Shown here piece after piece: positions 38,900 to 55,400 of a stretch of 64,000 nt of DNA. Numbering within the stretch: the first letter of the stretch is position 1; each line of letters opens with the position of its first letter. The notes below the pieces were generated by a model that saw only the letters and a list, made by a program, of their open reading frames with translations, was not told where the DNA came from and did not search any database. Location of the stretch: assembly GCA_040954595.2 (NCBI GenBank), contig CM082588.2, positions 2,239,027-2,303,026 of the forward strand, given 5' to 3'. The position numbers and the translations under genes were made by a program. This DNA comes from Balanoglossus misakiensis. Taxonomy: Eukaryota > Animalia > Hemichordata.

Positions 38900-41800
38900 T
38901 CAACTTCCTTTGTTTACACCAGAATCCTCTTCTAGATGAGCTCGTTTGACAGCGCCCCCATTGTTGTCACTCGCTGATCCTTTTGTCTCCTTTGTAGCAC
39001 TTGCAAGACTTTCAACTGCACTGATGATTGGGCCAGGTGTCTCACTCGCTACCGTGGCAACAGGAAATGTTTCTGTGTTGTCTTTCCGTACCCTGCCCGG
39101 TTGGTTTGTCATGCCTGTAGACATGCTTGGTTGTGACATCACCATGGTGACCGCTGTGGCTCCCTGGCTGACTTGATTTGGTACAGTGGCGACCTGACCT
39201 TCCAAGTATGTCAGAAGGTGGTGCATATTGTTACTCTGCAAGCCTAGGGCTGGCATGAACTTCATCAGGTGCAGTTTTCGATGGCGATGCATTGTCGCGC
39301 TTTGTCGGAACGCCTTTCCGCATAGATTACATTTAAAGGGTTTCTCTCCTGTATGAATGCGTAAGTGGGCAGCCAGGTGGGACTGGAACCGGAAGGATTT
39401 CCCGCAATACTCGCAGGGAAATGGCCGGGCATTGGAATGAGTCATCTTGTGTCTTTCGAGTCGCCAGTGGTTTCCGAACGTCTTGCCACATATGCTGCAA
39501 TTCCATCTTGTGTAAGGGGACACTGGAGTACTGACTGTCAGCTTGGCTTTGCGATTTCGCAGAGGCTGCATGATGCTTGTCTTTAGAGTTCTGCTCGTCA
39601 TACTTGATGAGGATTCATCCACGATGTCTTCCTCCTCTTCATCTTCTACTTCATCATTCATGTCATCATCTTCCTCATCATCCTCCTCATCTTCCTCCTC
39701 CTCATCTTCTTCATCCTCCTCCTCCTCAAAGTCCATCTGCATGTGATTATCCCTCATGGAATTCTCCTGACCTACCCTCGATGGCCCTGGGTTCTCGGCA
39801 CTCTGGGCATCCATGTAACCACTTGATTGTTCCATCATCCCTGAGGATTCACTGGCTTTCATCAGCTCCCACTCCTTGTGCAGTTTCATGTGCCTGGACA
39901 TGGTCCCCTTCTGTCTGAATGCTTTGTTGCAGACACTACACTTAAAGGGTTTTTCGCCGCTATGGATACGCTTATGCATCACCAGGTGACCCATGACCTT
40001 GAACGCCTTCCCACACTCTTCGCACTCAAACGGACGTCTGAAGACGTTGTACTGGGATGGAGTCAGCTGCATGAACTCGTCGCCCATCTTCATATCCTCT
40101 TGTTGCTGTTCCTCGCTTGGCTGCCACGAGCTGAGGATGGCCTGCCCTCCCTGGGCATCCCTGGCCGTGACCTGGTGTGTGCTGATTCTGTGCCTGACCA
40201 GGTCGGCGTGGTCCGAGAAGAACCCTGAGCAGAGTCCACAATCAAACACCTGAAGGTCCTGGTTATCCAGGGTCATTTTGATCGCGTGTTTGATGTCGGA
40301 CGACTGCTCATCTTGCTGACTTGAAGACTTTGTTGGTGCCTTCTGGTATGCCACCTGCAGGCTTTGAGGCATATGTCTTAGGAGCCTGTGTCTCTTCATT
40401 GTAGAACTATGTCTGAAGGCTCGACCACATACATTACACTTATAAGGTTTCTCCCCAGTATGGCGGCGTCTGTGTGTGATCAAAGCACTGGCCGAGACAA
40501 ATCTCTGATCGCACATCTCACAAGCGAAAGGTTTCTCCCCCATGTGCTTGACCAGTTGGTGGATTTTAAGAGCTGCCTTGCCGATGAAATTTTTGCCGCA
40601 GTGGGTACAAACATGATGCCGAGGTACGTATTTATCTTGAAGTCTTGATTCCGGCTGGGAAGGAGTTTTTGGTTTCGCTTGATCAGTGTCTGAAAGGTGT
40701 CTGGGCTCTGCAGCCTCTGGTGATGAATGACTCGGTCGAGACACGGCCTGATTACTTTCAGCTGCTGCACTCTGAGGAAGCTGCCTTGACCGGGTAGGTT
40801 CAGAGAGCGGTACCACCGGGGGTGACGTCTGTGAAACTCTCCGACCACCATTTTGTCCGGTAGAGGCCGATCCACTACTTTCAGTCACTGTAACTTTTAC
40901 CGAGTCTGACGGCTGCCAGTATTTTTGGGGGCTCTGTGGAGAGACGGTCACTGCTTGTGGATTTGATCCTGGCATACGCATCACTGGAGATGTTTGCGAG
41001 AGCTCGCGGCTTGTGCCTGTCTGCAGCTGACGCTCGGGACTTGGCTGGGAAGCTTGGTGGTTAGTCTGAGGTGGTGGAGGCTTGGTCGGCAAGTGACTGA
41101 TTAAATGAGAGGGGTACGAAGTCGGCATCGTCACTTCAACTGTCCTTGGGACATCCATCCTGAGTGGAGTCATCCCCGGGAACACAGGCTGTGAGGTAAA
41201 TGTCGAGATGGGATGAACAACAGGTGGCTGTTGCTCGATAACTGAGGTGACAATTTCTGTTGGGTGCCTCTCAGATGGTATAGTCTGGTACTGCACAACC
41301 TGTTGGGAGAGAATATGTGATATTCTGTCCATTGTTTCTTTCTGACTTTTACGCCTCTCGTCTGCGTGCATGGCTTTAATGTGCCTGTTCCTGGTGGCGC
41401 TCTGTCGGAACGTCTTCCAGCAATAGCTGCAGGAGAAGGGTTTCTCTCCCGTGTGAATACGCTTATGAGCAATCAGACTACCGGTGGACTTGAAAGACAA
41501 ATTGCAAACATCACAGACAAATGGACGCTCCCCTTCGTTTGCATGGCTGCGTTCGTGTTCAATGTACACCTCGTAGACTGAAAATTTCCGACCACAGATG
41601 TGACATCTGTAGCCCAGGTGCACATCATTGTCTCTCTGTGAATCGTCAAAGCCTGCAGAACCATTGTTACTCTCTTCAACCTTCAGAGCTTGTCCACTCT
41701 CATCAAATCTTCCCGTTTCATCCATGCCACTTTTCTCTTGTCGGCCATCATTTTCACTAGTTCCTACGTAAGATAAAAAGACATGAGATAACATCCAGTG

Positions 41801-43260
41801 TGAACAGATCGGCATAAATTGACAGAGGAAATCATTGTACCTCAACACAGTGAGTTGAGTTGGACAATTATCACAAAACGGATGTCCCACTTTAAGGTTT
41901 CTTTTTAATTACCAACGACACACACAGATGCAAGCTAACAGTTATACAATATTACAATAGTACCAACTTTAAATAGGTCTGAGAGGATATGTGCAATTGA
42001 AACTAATATATGCAACAGCACATTTCCTGTGATGTCTGAGAAAGCATTTATTCAAATCTACACAAATGAATACTCGGAAAAAAACCTTAGTAATCGGAAA
42101 ACACTGGAGGGCAACCAACAAACAGAACGAGGGATATATACAACAGATTTTTTAATGTTCTGTGCATTTAATTTCCATGGCTGAATACTGTTGGAATATG
42201 CTGGCGTTGATTATTTTGTCAGTTATATATTCAAGAGCATGGACTCTATATTAATAACCCATTCATTTATGCACAGTGCATTGACACACTGTGCTGCATA
42301 ATAAAAAATGCACAGAGTCGGAGTACCAGCAAAATGTCAGGTATTCAAAGATCCATTGATTGACGGCAAAACTACCAATGTCAGAAACTGAGCTGAAGAC
42401 ACACAGACACGCCAGGAATCGACAAAGTTTTTCTGAGTTTTTACATGTCAGATCAATGCCACACAATTCCATCGCCCTGGCCCCCTGATGGCTACCTTAT
42501 GACTCTGTTAATATGCACACATAAACTGATTCACATATATACACAGGGACTCAGAACAGATATTCTGTGTAAAATTTATTTTTTTATTTCCAAGAAGTGA
42601 ATTAGCTGATGTTAATTGGATAACGTGAAGTGAAGCATGTAACCGGGGCAACCAGTTGTCCCTTATATATATTCACCTCGCCCTGTGCGTGACTTATTCA
42701 TATGCAAATGAAAGAGGCAACCATGAAAGGCGTGTGCTGACGTGTGTGCAATGTGCATTGACTTTGCCGATTTCTGCCGGTATGTGAAAATACAGTGTGG
42801 CCGCCTGCTTAACGGAACAAAAGATATCCCATAATTTATCCCAATGCTGGCCATAGCCAAAGGCCTGCTCCTGTTAAAGTGCAATACAATGTGACTCAGG
42901 AAGAGATATTACAATATTTTCATGCACATGATAAAAAATGGAGACAATTGTATTTTGTTCCTTAAAAAGAAGGCCACAAAGGGCCTTATTATCATCATCA
43001 TCAATCATCATCATTATCATCATCCGAAGATTCATGGCACTGTACAAACCTTCTCGATCTGATCCCTTTCGATAACTTTTTTCACCATCACCGTTTCTGT
43101 TGCCATGGTTTTCCACCATCACAGTCTCTCCATGCTCTGTTTCTAAGATGAAAACACCTGGAGAGTCGTCCATAGGTTCGTCTTTGACTTTGTACTTCTT
43201 CGAAGAAGTCTCAGAGTCAATGCGGACGCCTTCGTCCATTCCATTCCATGCATTTTCCAT
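38900..43260 (-). CDS. C2H2 zinc-finger protein, about 1024 aa, 12 fingers in four triplets, with an acidic tract
   Basis: Coding exons 43260-43050 (MENAWNG..) and 41763-38900 join in phase 1. TGEKP linkers and a poly-E/D stretch are present. A likely non-coding first exon ends at 44248 (GTGAGT), with an ETS motif ACTTCCGGT near 44365-44373. Confidence 0.9.
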
Positions 43261-45143
43261 CCTCAAATCCTGCAGAAAAGAGCCACAGCAATAAAAGGGC
43301 CATCTTCACTGAGCCTATTGCTTATATGAAAGTATGTTCATTTCTTGATGGTACAGTAGTGTGTATGCATAAAATTGTGGTAATGTACATGCTGTAGATT
43401 TCCATTCAACTGTTTCCAGTCCTGTACTTTAACTCTGTCAGCCTCAACTTAGTTTTTTTTAATATCGCAACAAATATCGTGTTGCGACCAGCAACTTTTA
43501 AGATCGTGTGCTCTATTATGTGTATCTCACTTCTCTGAGACCTGCATTCACTTGTTCTTGTCTCTCACGAAGTGTAATATAATTTAAATCATAATTGAAT
43601 TTGCATAATTACATTACTTTTCAACGCATGACTTTACAATATCAAAGGATCGATTATTTATGTGCGCCTATCTATCGCATAACAGTGAAAGGTACATTCA
43701 GCTTTGGTCTTATTTACAGTACACGCGATCGAAAGTCGGTCGCACATTCCCTCGATGTACAGAAACTTAAAAATGTTGAAACATCGTAAATTGTAATTCC
43801 GCGTGATTTTTAAGCGAGGCGCCTAAAGGAAACCAACATCGATCCCAAATAAACTAGTTTCAACATGCGTTTTGCAGAGAGTGACAGCAAGTTGTCTTGT
43901 GTGTACGATTTCATACAGTGCGCGATGTTACTTTCACTTTTCGCCGGTTAAACACCGGTGACTGACGACGGCGATCGTAGAGAAAGTGTCTTCGGGCAGG
44001 CGAAAGGGAAAAAAATCCCACCCCAGCGCAGTGAGTGTGTGGCCTGGATTAGTCTGCAAACAATGTCTGCGACGCAGCCAATTTATACGTGCATGCATGC
44101 ATGCCCAGCACGGAGTTTTCCAGGCACCACTTTGCAGCGACTGCAGACATTACACTCTGCAACAAACATCATTCCCGATCTCTACCTCTCAGCTTTGTCT
44201 TGACATCTGGATCGGAAACAGACAGACAACATCTGGACAGTACTCACCTTCTCCTGGCAGTCTCCCCGTATTTCCCCGCATTATTCGATGTATCAACGAT
44301 CTTTCCGTGCAGGCTTCGCCCAGCACGGCGCAAGCATTTGTACACAACACTGCACACGACCTAAACCGGAAGTATTTAGTGCTCAGACGTGCTTTTGACT
44401 CCCCAGCACGTCAAAATAAATACATGAAATATGTGCTCCCTTAGAATATGCAATTTTAGATATGACTGATAATTAAATAATCACATTTAGATGATATAAT
44501 CTTACATCGTCCAGATAGTAAGATTGTTGTCTTTATTATAATATATATATTTATTTAGTTGTACCTTTTTCATAGTGAAGTTTTGCAAGTGGTATCGCAT
44601 ACGTGGAATCATCAAACACACACACGATGGCACCTTTCAAAAACAATATCAATCATACTTTATTTTCTCTACAAATTCTATTTTAATACATAGTGACAGA
44701 GTTATTTGGAAGAAAGCAAGCTAATAGTATTCTGTAAAACTGGGAAACTGAGTGTCTAAGATTTGCATTTCTGCAGTAGAGACAGAAATATTGATTTCAA
44801 ATCCCACTACTATATGAAGTTTTGGGGCAAAACATATATACAAAGTCGGACAGATTTGTCTCTTTTAAATCAGGAAAGTTTGTAATTTTCTCTGGTACAG
44901 CTAGACGAAAAATAAGCGGTCATTTGGGTTTCACATTAACAAGAGGATTTTGTCATGTATCTGGGTAATAACAAAAATGTAATATTTTGGAACTTCATAT
45001 ATAATACACTTCTCAGTTTTGTATCAAATTTGTATTTGTGGTTATACAATAAAGAATAAAATCTAAGAAAAGTCCCTCTTTCCAAGAATCTTGTTCTCTC
45101 GTTTATCCGGTCGCCCGATGAGTGTAGTGTAATTAGAGTTAAT

Positions 45144-48371
<3,228 letters not shown>

Positions 48372-49491
48372 TTTTGGATCTTTAAACTAAAAAGTTCTTC
48401 CCGAATCCCCACCGTCGGTGAAATGAACCTTTCGGTGTTTTGGAACAAAGAGGGCATGCGCATGAATTCCCCGCCAAACCGCAAGGATTCGTCAAACGTT
48501 GGTGGCGCTGTTTCTTAACCACGTATCTCTGTACATATGTATAATAATTTACGACATATCTGGTACTGGTCGCGTATTTTGCCGGACCTTGATGGTGTAT
48601 TGTGCGCAAAATTGAATACAGATAGGATCTTAAAGATATGAGAGTATGACGAAGTTAGTGTGTCGAAAGAAATGGCTGCAAATGCAGCTATACTCTCCAT
48701 AACTTCAAAGCCAAAAGTTCTTTCCATCGCAAATAAAGTTGAAAGGGGTGTCGTGGGAATTCCGCCTGCTCTTCATGTTATTACAAAGTGGCAACACATC
48801 GTCTGGCATGACGTGTTTAGTACGACAATGCACCAGTTTTGTCTTTCCATTCAAAACATTGTAAGTGATCATGGGATCATGCGGTCACGGTGTTTTTTTG
48901 GCAAGATTAAAAACATTGCTCAACTCAGTTCGGACTCAGTTCCACATCCACCATTGTTATACAAATCTTGCTAAGACATCGGGCGGGAGCGCGAAAAAAA
49001 TCTGAAGGAAAGGGGTATACGTTTGTGTAAACTATACTAACTTCGCTGTGATCCACCCACCCAATTGAAATTGTACAGCAAATATTCTTTGGGAGTTTTA
49101 TACTGAAGCATGTCATTCACTCTTGACATAGTCAGCGATTCCGTTTTGTCGATGCGTTTCCCTTGAAAATAAAATAAAAAGAGTCGCCATTGGTTCTTAT
49201 TTTTTCATTTGTTTCATTATTTGTTCATTCGTTTTAACTCTCTGTACATTTCAGCAACATTTTATATCTTATCCCGTGTATATTTCAATATCCGGGATCT
49301 GGATATATATGACGTCATTTAGAATCCAATATGGCGGCGGTCATGTACTTCGTGCAAGCAGCGATTCCGACACATTGGTGAAAGGTAGAACTTTAATCTG
49401 GTCTTGCTCTCCTTAAAATGCCCGAACTTGCATTCAATCTCGAGAAGTGTTAGCCTGAACTTTTCCACAGTTTCTTGTCGCCGTTTTCGCC
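48372..49491. promoter_or_regulatory. Divergent RBBP4/REPS promoter region
   Basis: CpG-rich. NRF1-like GCATGCGCATG near 48454, E2F-like CCCGCCAAA near 48470 and GCGCGAAAA near 48989, CRE TGACGTCA at 49310-49317, YY1-like AATATGGCGG near 49328. Confidence 0.55.
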
Positions 49492-52400
49492 ATGGAAGGG
49501 CTAAAACTCAATCCAGCTGAGCAGCAACTATTCTCGGATTGGTTCAACTCGTGCGATGTGGAGAGCACTGGCAAAGTTGCTCCAGCCCGGGCATTAGAAT
49601 TGTTTATGACTTCGCAGCTTTCCCGAGAAACGCTTCAGCAGGTGAGTGTCTTTCACATCCCCTAACCCTTGACCAAAATCTGGTTTATCTCCGAAGACGT
49701 GACCTAGCTATATTTTAAGATAAACAACGCACGCACTGCACGTCGACCACTGCAGTGTTGACGAGCCCGCCCCCATTCCACCCAACCCAGTAATATTCCG
49801 ATGACCTACATATGGCGTTCCGTTATTTTAAAGGACTGGTTGATTTTTTCATCAACAGGAAATATTCACGTTTTATATTTATATTGCCTTCTTGTATTCA
49901 GACTGGGTCATGGTAAATTCACGATTTTCGCAGTCTTCATCAACTTCAAGATCGTATTGACGTAAAAGGGTGTGGGTCCGAAACCCTTGTATATTTCAAT
50001 ATGGGGGGGGGGGGGGGGTGTTGGCCAGTTTGAACAGCCGCAGCAAAATCAGATCTGTATGACATATTAGTGACCATGTAACTCCCAGATTAGCCGCATA
50101 ACTGTCTTTAACTTTGATGACTGATAAGGTAATCTCTGTAAGTGCAAACCTGATTGATGATATCATGATGAGAATATAGCACGTCAAGTTCATGGGGGCA
50201 AACTAATTTCATTAAGAGTATAGAAATCATTTATCACAATTGATTTCTATGCTAAAGGTATCCCTCACCCCTCCTTGGGGGTCTGTTTTAAGGTCACACC
50301 CTCTCAGTGAAATCAATGTCTGAGCATTTATCAGGTTTGCAAGCCTCCGCTTATACATTTTGTTACACAGTTTCAATCAGAAGTCTGGACACGGCTATTT
50401 GCAGTATGTACAGTATAGTTGAGTTTGGTGTGATCTCAGAAAAACACATTTCCTTTGGCATCATTGTCCACCCCAGTAGGTGACCTCAGTTGAGGTCATC
50501 GTTAATCAGCAGATTACACAGAGCTCTGGGGGTGAAAGGGTTAAAGGATATGGAGAAGGATTGAAACTGGATTTAAGCTGTCTGATGAGGTCAGGTGCTG
50601 GTCATCATCTGGTTTAGATTATGGCCTGAGCAGTGGTACACAGTATGTGATGTCATTTTTACAGTAAAACACAGATTGTGTGTTTCTTACAAGTACCTAA
50701 TATCAAGTACAGTGATTACAGGAATGTTATGTGGGAAAAGATGTTTCCATGGAATTTTTGAAATGTGTGTGTGTGTGTGTTTATTTATTGATTTTATTAT
50801 TATTATTTATTATTTATTTTTGCTTTGTGATATTGACCTCCTGCTTTGCTATTTCAGATAAGTGTACTGTGTGGTGCTACAAGAATTGGACACTTTGGTC
50901 GCAGTCAGTTTTACATTGCTTTGAAGCTGATAGCTGCTGTACAGAGCGGATTGCCTGTCAGGCTGGAGAGTCTCAACTCAGGAATGGAAATCCCTCTGCC
51001 CAAAATAGTGTATAATAAACCCGAACAAGGTGAGTTGTGTGTGAATAGATGTTGTACATTGTCATTGGGCATGTATGGCAATATATTTTCAGTTTTTCCC
51101 TAATTTGAAGTATTAAAAAATTTCACCATCATATGAAAACAACATATGTTGTTTTGATCGATTCACATGAATATAAATAGTAACATTGATTTATTTCAAA
51201 TTTCTGCATGTTTGTTTTTCTTGTTTCAATAGATAGAAAACGTGCACAGTTTAGTAACCCAGCATTTAGTCAACCTGTTAATGAAGAATATACATTGTTA
51301 GATAAGCAGAACGAAAGGTAGGTCTCCTTCAGCAGGGAATTACATCTAATGTGACCTTGACACACTTTTGTTTCTCTAGTCAGCAAAGAAAATGGCTCAG
51401 CAGCTGATGGCATAATTGTGAAATATATGTCAATGGGCTAGCAAGTAGGTAGATATCTGAATTTTGAGTGTTGCTGATTGGGGCTATGGCTAAACGAATT
51501 TGACCTTGGGGGAAAAAAATAAAATTTAATGTGAACATGTCAGATTAATATAGCAAGACAAGAATACAGCTGGTCCTAGCATGCACATTATAACACATTT
51601 GCATATAAATGTGTTTTTAATTTGCAAATGTTACAGCCAGACACACGCTGAGTTCAGAAGGGTACTGGGCTCAGTATTGTCTATATTATTGTAAGAGTTG
51701 GCACTGGGCCAGCCCTGTTGTAAAACCTGTGGGAAAAGCACTGTTGATCTCGGCCTTGTATCTGTGTTGAAATTCCCTGAGATCAACGGTACTATCACTT
51801 CATCTTTTGTCTTCCCAGGACACTCATCAAGTGACACTGTTCGTGTCTCTCCTTTGCAATGTAGCAAGCCACGGCATGTTTGTGGACTTGTCCATGACCT
51901 TTGAACTCGTAAAGTGTCAATAAATCTTGTGGGTTATGACTCCAGTGAGGCAAGGACATAAGCAACAAACGTATAATTTTTTTTCTGTTATAAATGTCAA
52001 AAAGATAATATATTATGACCTTATAAAGGAGCTTTTAAACTTCATGACAGGCGAGTTAGCATTGTAAATGATGCTGGTAAAAAGCACATTACATTTGTAC
52101 ATCGAAATTGGTTTTCTGGGGTTTAACTTTGTGCGCTGTATGAGAAATATTCAATCAAAATCGCTGGAGAACTAATCATAAAACATCTTGAAGGCAAATG
52201 AAAATACAGGTGTTGTGTAAATGACAAGTGAAATGGACACGATTCTGTGAAATGCCTGAGGCAGATTGCATACAGCGTTATATTTCTAGACAATATTTTA
52301 TGGCTTGCATTATTGAGTTTGTCACGTCGTAACCTTGAGATGGAACAAATTACTCCCGCGTACAAATCATGTTGAAACTTTCTTCGTGTACTGCCTGAGG

Positions 52401-55400
52401 CAGGAAGGATCCTAAATGAATTTTCAAATAAAGGGAATATCACTAAGCTGTCTGGGTGCTCTGTTGTTCAATAATGTCGTGAAACCCTTGTGTTATCTGA
52501 TTTCTGTCAGTTTCGTAAGGTCTCAATTGGATAGAACTGTTGTTTTATCCAGGCATGGCCTTGGAGAGTGTCAACCAACAAGCACTAGGCAAAAAACACA
52601 CCTCGTAATGCAAACCTGGATCCAGTCCATGTAAAATTGATCAATATTTGCATTCAGAATGGCTGTGAAGCTCCTTGAAACTACTCAACACATGAAAGAT
52701 TTATCAACACTTTCACTCCAAAGTGGTTGCCGTATACATGTACCTTCAATTGGAGATATTATGCCGAGATGTACTGATGGAAAATTTGTCTTTAAGATGT
52801 GACAGTGTGCTAAATTTGCTAGCCCAGGTTGGCTTTGGGTTAGCCCAGAGCTGACACAATTGGAAACTTGCTGCAGTTCTAATCTGCATTGTGTTCATCA
52901 TGGTCACGCAGAAGAAACCAAGCAGTAAAGTGAGATAAAAGAAATCGTGCATAAGTATCTTTTTATGATTCAGTGAGCTATAACCGGGAGCTGATTAGAA
53001 CAACTAGCTGCGAGCGAAAAATTTTCATTGTGTAAAATGTCAGTTTAATGGAAAATCAAGAAAGTGCTGCTTCACAGTGCAGAATATTTTATTTTGCACA
53101 TCCCTGGATTTCTGAGGATCTAGCTAATTCTTTTTGAAATTGACTATTGGTGGATGCGTGCCTGGTGAATGAATTATTTATACATGTATGATTTCTTTTT
53201 TTCCATTTTCAGGAGTGATGTTTTATTATGTCTATTGATACGTGTTTTTATGGGAGATATGGAGACAGTTTGATCTTAAGGGAGTGTGGGTCTTGTTTCC
53301 ACAGTACAGAAAATGTACAGTTTACGAACCTTTGTCTCAGTATTCTCAAATATTCCCAAGAAATACAGCTTTCAATTCCTTTACCAGATACTAATACTGT
53401 CTTCCCCTTGCTTGTCAAGTACAGTTTGGTGAATGTGAAATCTTGGAATAGAAATTAGTCGTTTCTGTATTTTTGACTATTTTCTGTATGATTTCCATTG
53501 CAGGCAAAGTACTCCTCAACAACAACAACAGCAACAACAAGTGGCACTGCCACCTCCACCAACCAAAGAAAACATTCGTACTGGTCAAGTGATGTATCGA
53601 CAAAGGGTAGGTTGGGAAAAAGCTATTTATAAGTCCTTTCTTTTACCAAGTCTCATGAATTGTTTTAACCATAATTTCACATCCATGGAAGTTATGAATG
53701 AAACACAAAGTAAGATGTTTGCTTCTGTCCTAAACAACTGAAGGCAAAACGATGTTGAATGCTTTGTTACAGAGAAGAAGTGATTCCAGTTCGTCCAGTA
53801 CTTCTTCCTCTTCTTCCTCTCCCAGTCCTCAATTAACTCCAAAAAGGAGTAAGCCGAGCTCCCCAAGTGTGGAAAGATTGGTCTCGCCTGGTAGTAATAC
53901 GGTATGACTAACATACTCATTGTTGATACTGTTTTCACCAATAGAGTCATGCCTTCATCTGTAGTGTGACATCCTGGACCCCTAAATGTCCCACAAATTG
54001 CTGACCTTTAACCTTTGACATGCTGTGCTGACCTTGAATGATGGTGCTGGTTGCTCTGATTTTCTAGCTTGGTTCAAGTTTACAAGGCTTTTTATCACCA
54101 ACCTGGGAGGCATTATGTCGATTAACCCTGAGCTTTTTGTCATTAAACTAGGGGGATTTCATGCTAACTCTAACCTTTTTATCATTAAACTAGAGGAACA
54201 TCATGCTAACAATGTACTGTACTACATCATACCCCATCCACCATCAGTATAAGCACGAACAGCATCCTGTGTCATTGCAAATTGAGTGAAAATTAAAGAT
54301 GTTGTCCAGAAATACAAATGACTGCTCCATTCCTGACATTTTTTCAGCTTTTCATGTTCATTGAACTTTTCAAGTTCACTGAAGATTTCGTGACCCAACC
54401 ACACCTGATATCGCATTGCTGTCAATCATGATGTCATGACTGCTCGTCCACCAATCACACCACCACACTGCCATTTCTTGCTGTACTAACATTCCACAAT
54501 GTCTTGCAGGTTTCAAGGAGCTGGGACTTGCATACACTTGTCACTAACTGTCACTATATACTGACCGATTCTCTAATGCACAGCCGTCATCTGCATCACA
54601 TGTATTATTTACACCGAGGGACTCTAAGTAACAATGTTTTAAGTTTTGTGCAGGCTACTAACAGTTTCAAGTCCTTGATGAGAGCATTGCTGATACAACT
54701 CACTGTTATTCCTCATCTTCACCAACTCACATGTGATTATTTTTTTTTCTCTCCAACAGAGCGGAAGTGCTGCCTCATCCAGTAGCAACTCCAGCTCGAC
54801 ATCCAGTCCGGAAAGTTCTCCACACTCCTCCCCGCCCACTTCACCCATGCTGCATCGTAGTCTTGAGAAACAGAAGAGTTTGCCCATCATGACTGGGCTC
54901 AGTCGGGGAGTGCAGAACGAGGCCTTTGAAGAAGGCAGCTTTAAGGAGAAGGGCTGGGCTTCTTTTGATACCGAGACAGATGAACTAGGTAGGGCTGAAA
55001 AAGAGGTCCTTGCTTGATAATTTAATCTGGCTTAGGTCACTATGTGTGATCTTGTAAAATGATTGTGTTAGCTTATTATGAAGTGGTATAGTTATTGCAT
55101 CTTAGTTAATCAGCATCCATAGATCATTCTTCCAATTGTGTATAATCTGGGGGAAAAATCTCAGACAATTTAATCCAGCCTCACGGTCCAACAGAATTTA
55201 AGCAATTTGCTCATTTTTGTTTTCAGTTCCTTCAGAAAGCTCAGACAGTGTTGCGCAGCAGTCTGGAGTTGTGCCGCAGCAGCAGTCGGGGGTCGTCTCC
55301 CCTCAGATGATACAGCAGAATGCAGCAATGCACCAGGCTGCGATGCAGCCCCCGGCCGCCTACAAACAGCAACCTGCTGCAACTTTCGTTTCCCCGCAAC

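Noticed and set aside
48600-48975. Protein-like short frames in the RBBP4/REPS intergenic region
   Set aside because: Interrupted by stops, with no recognisable domain or splice structure. A decayed element cannot be supported without a search.
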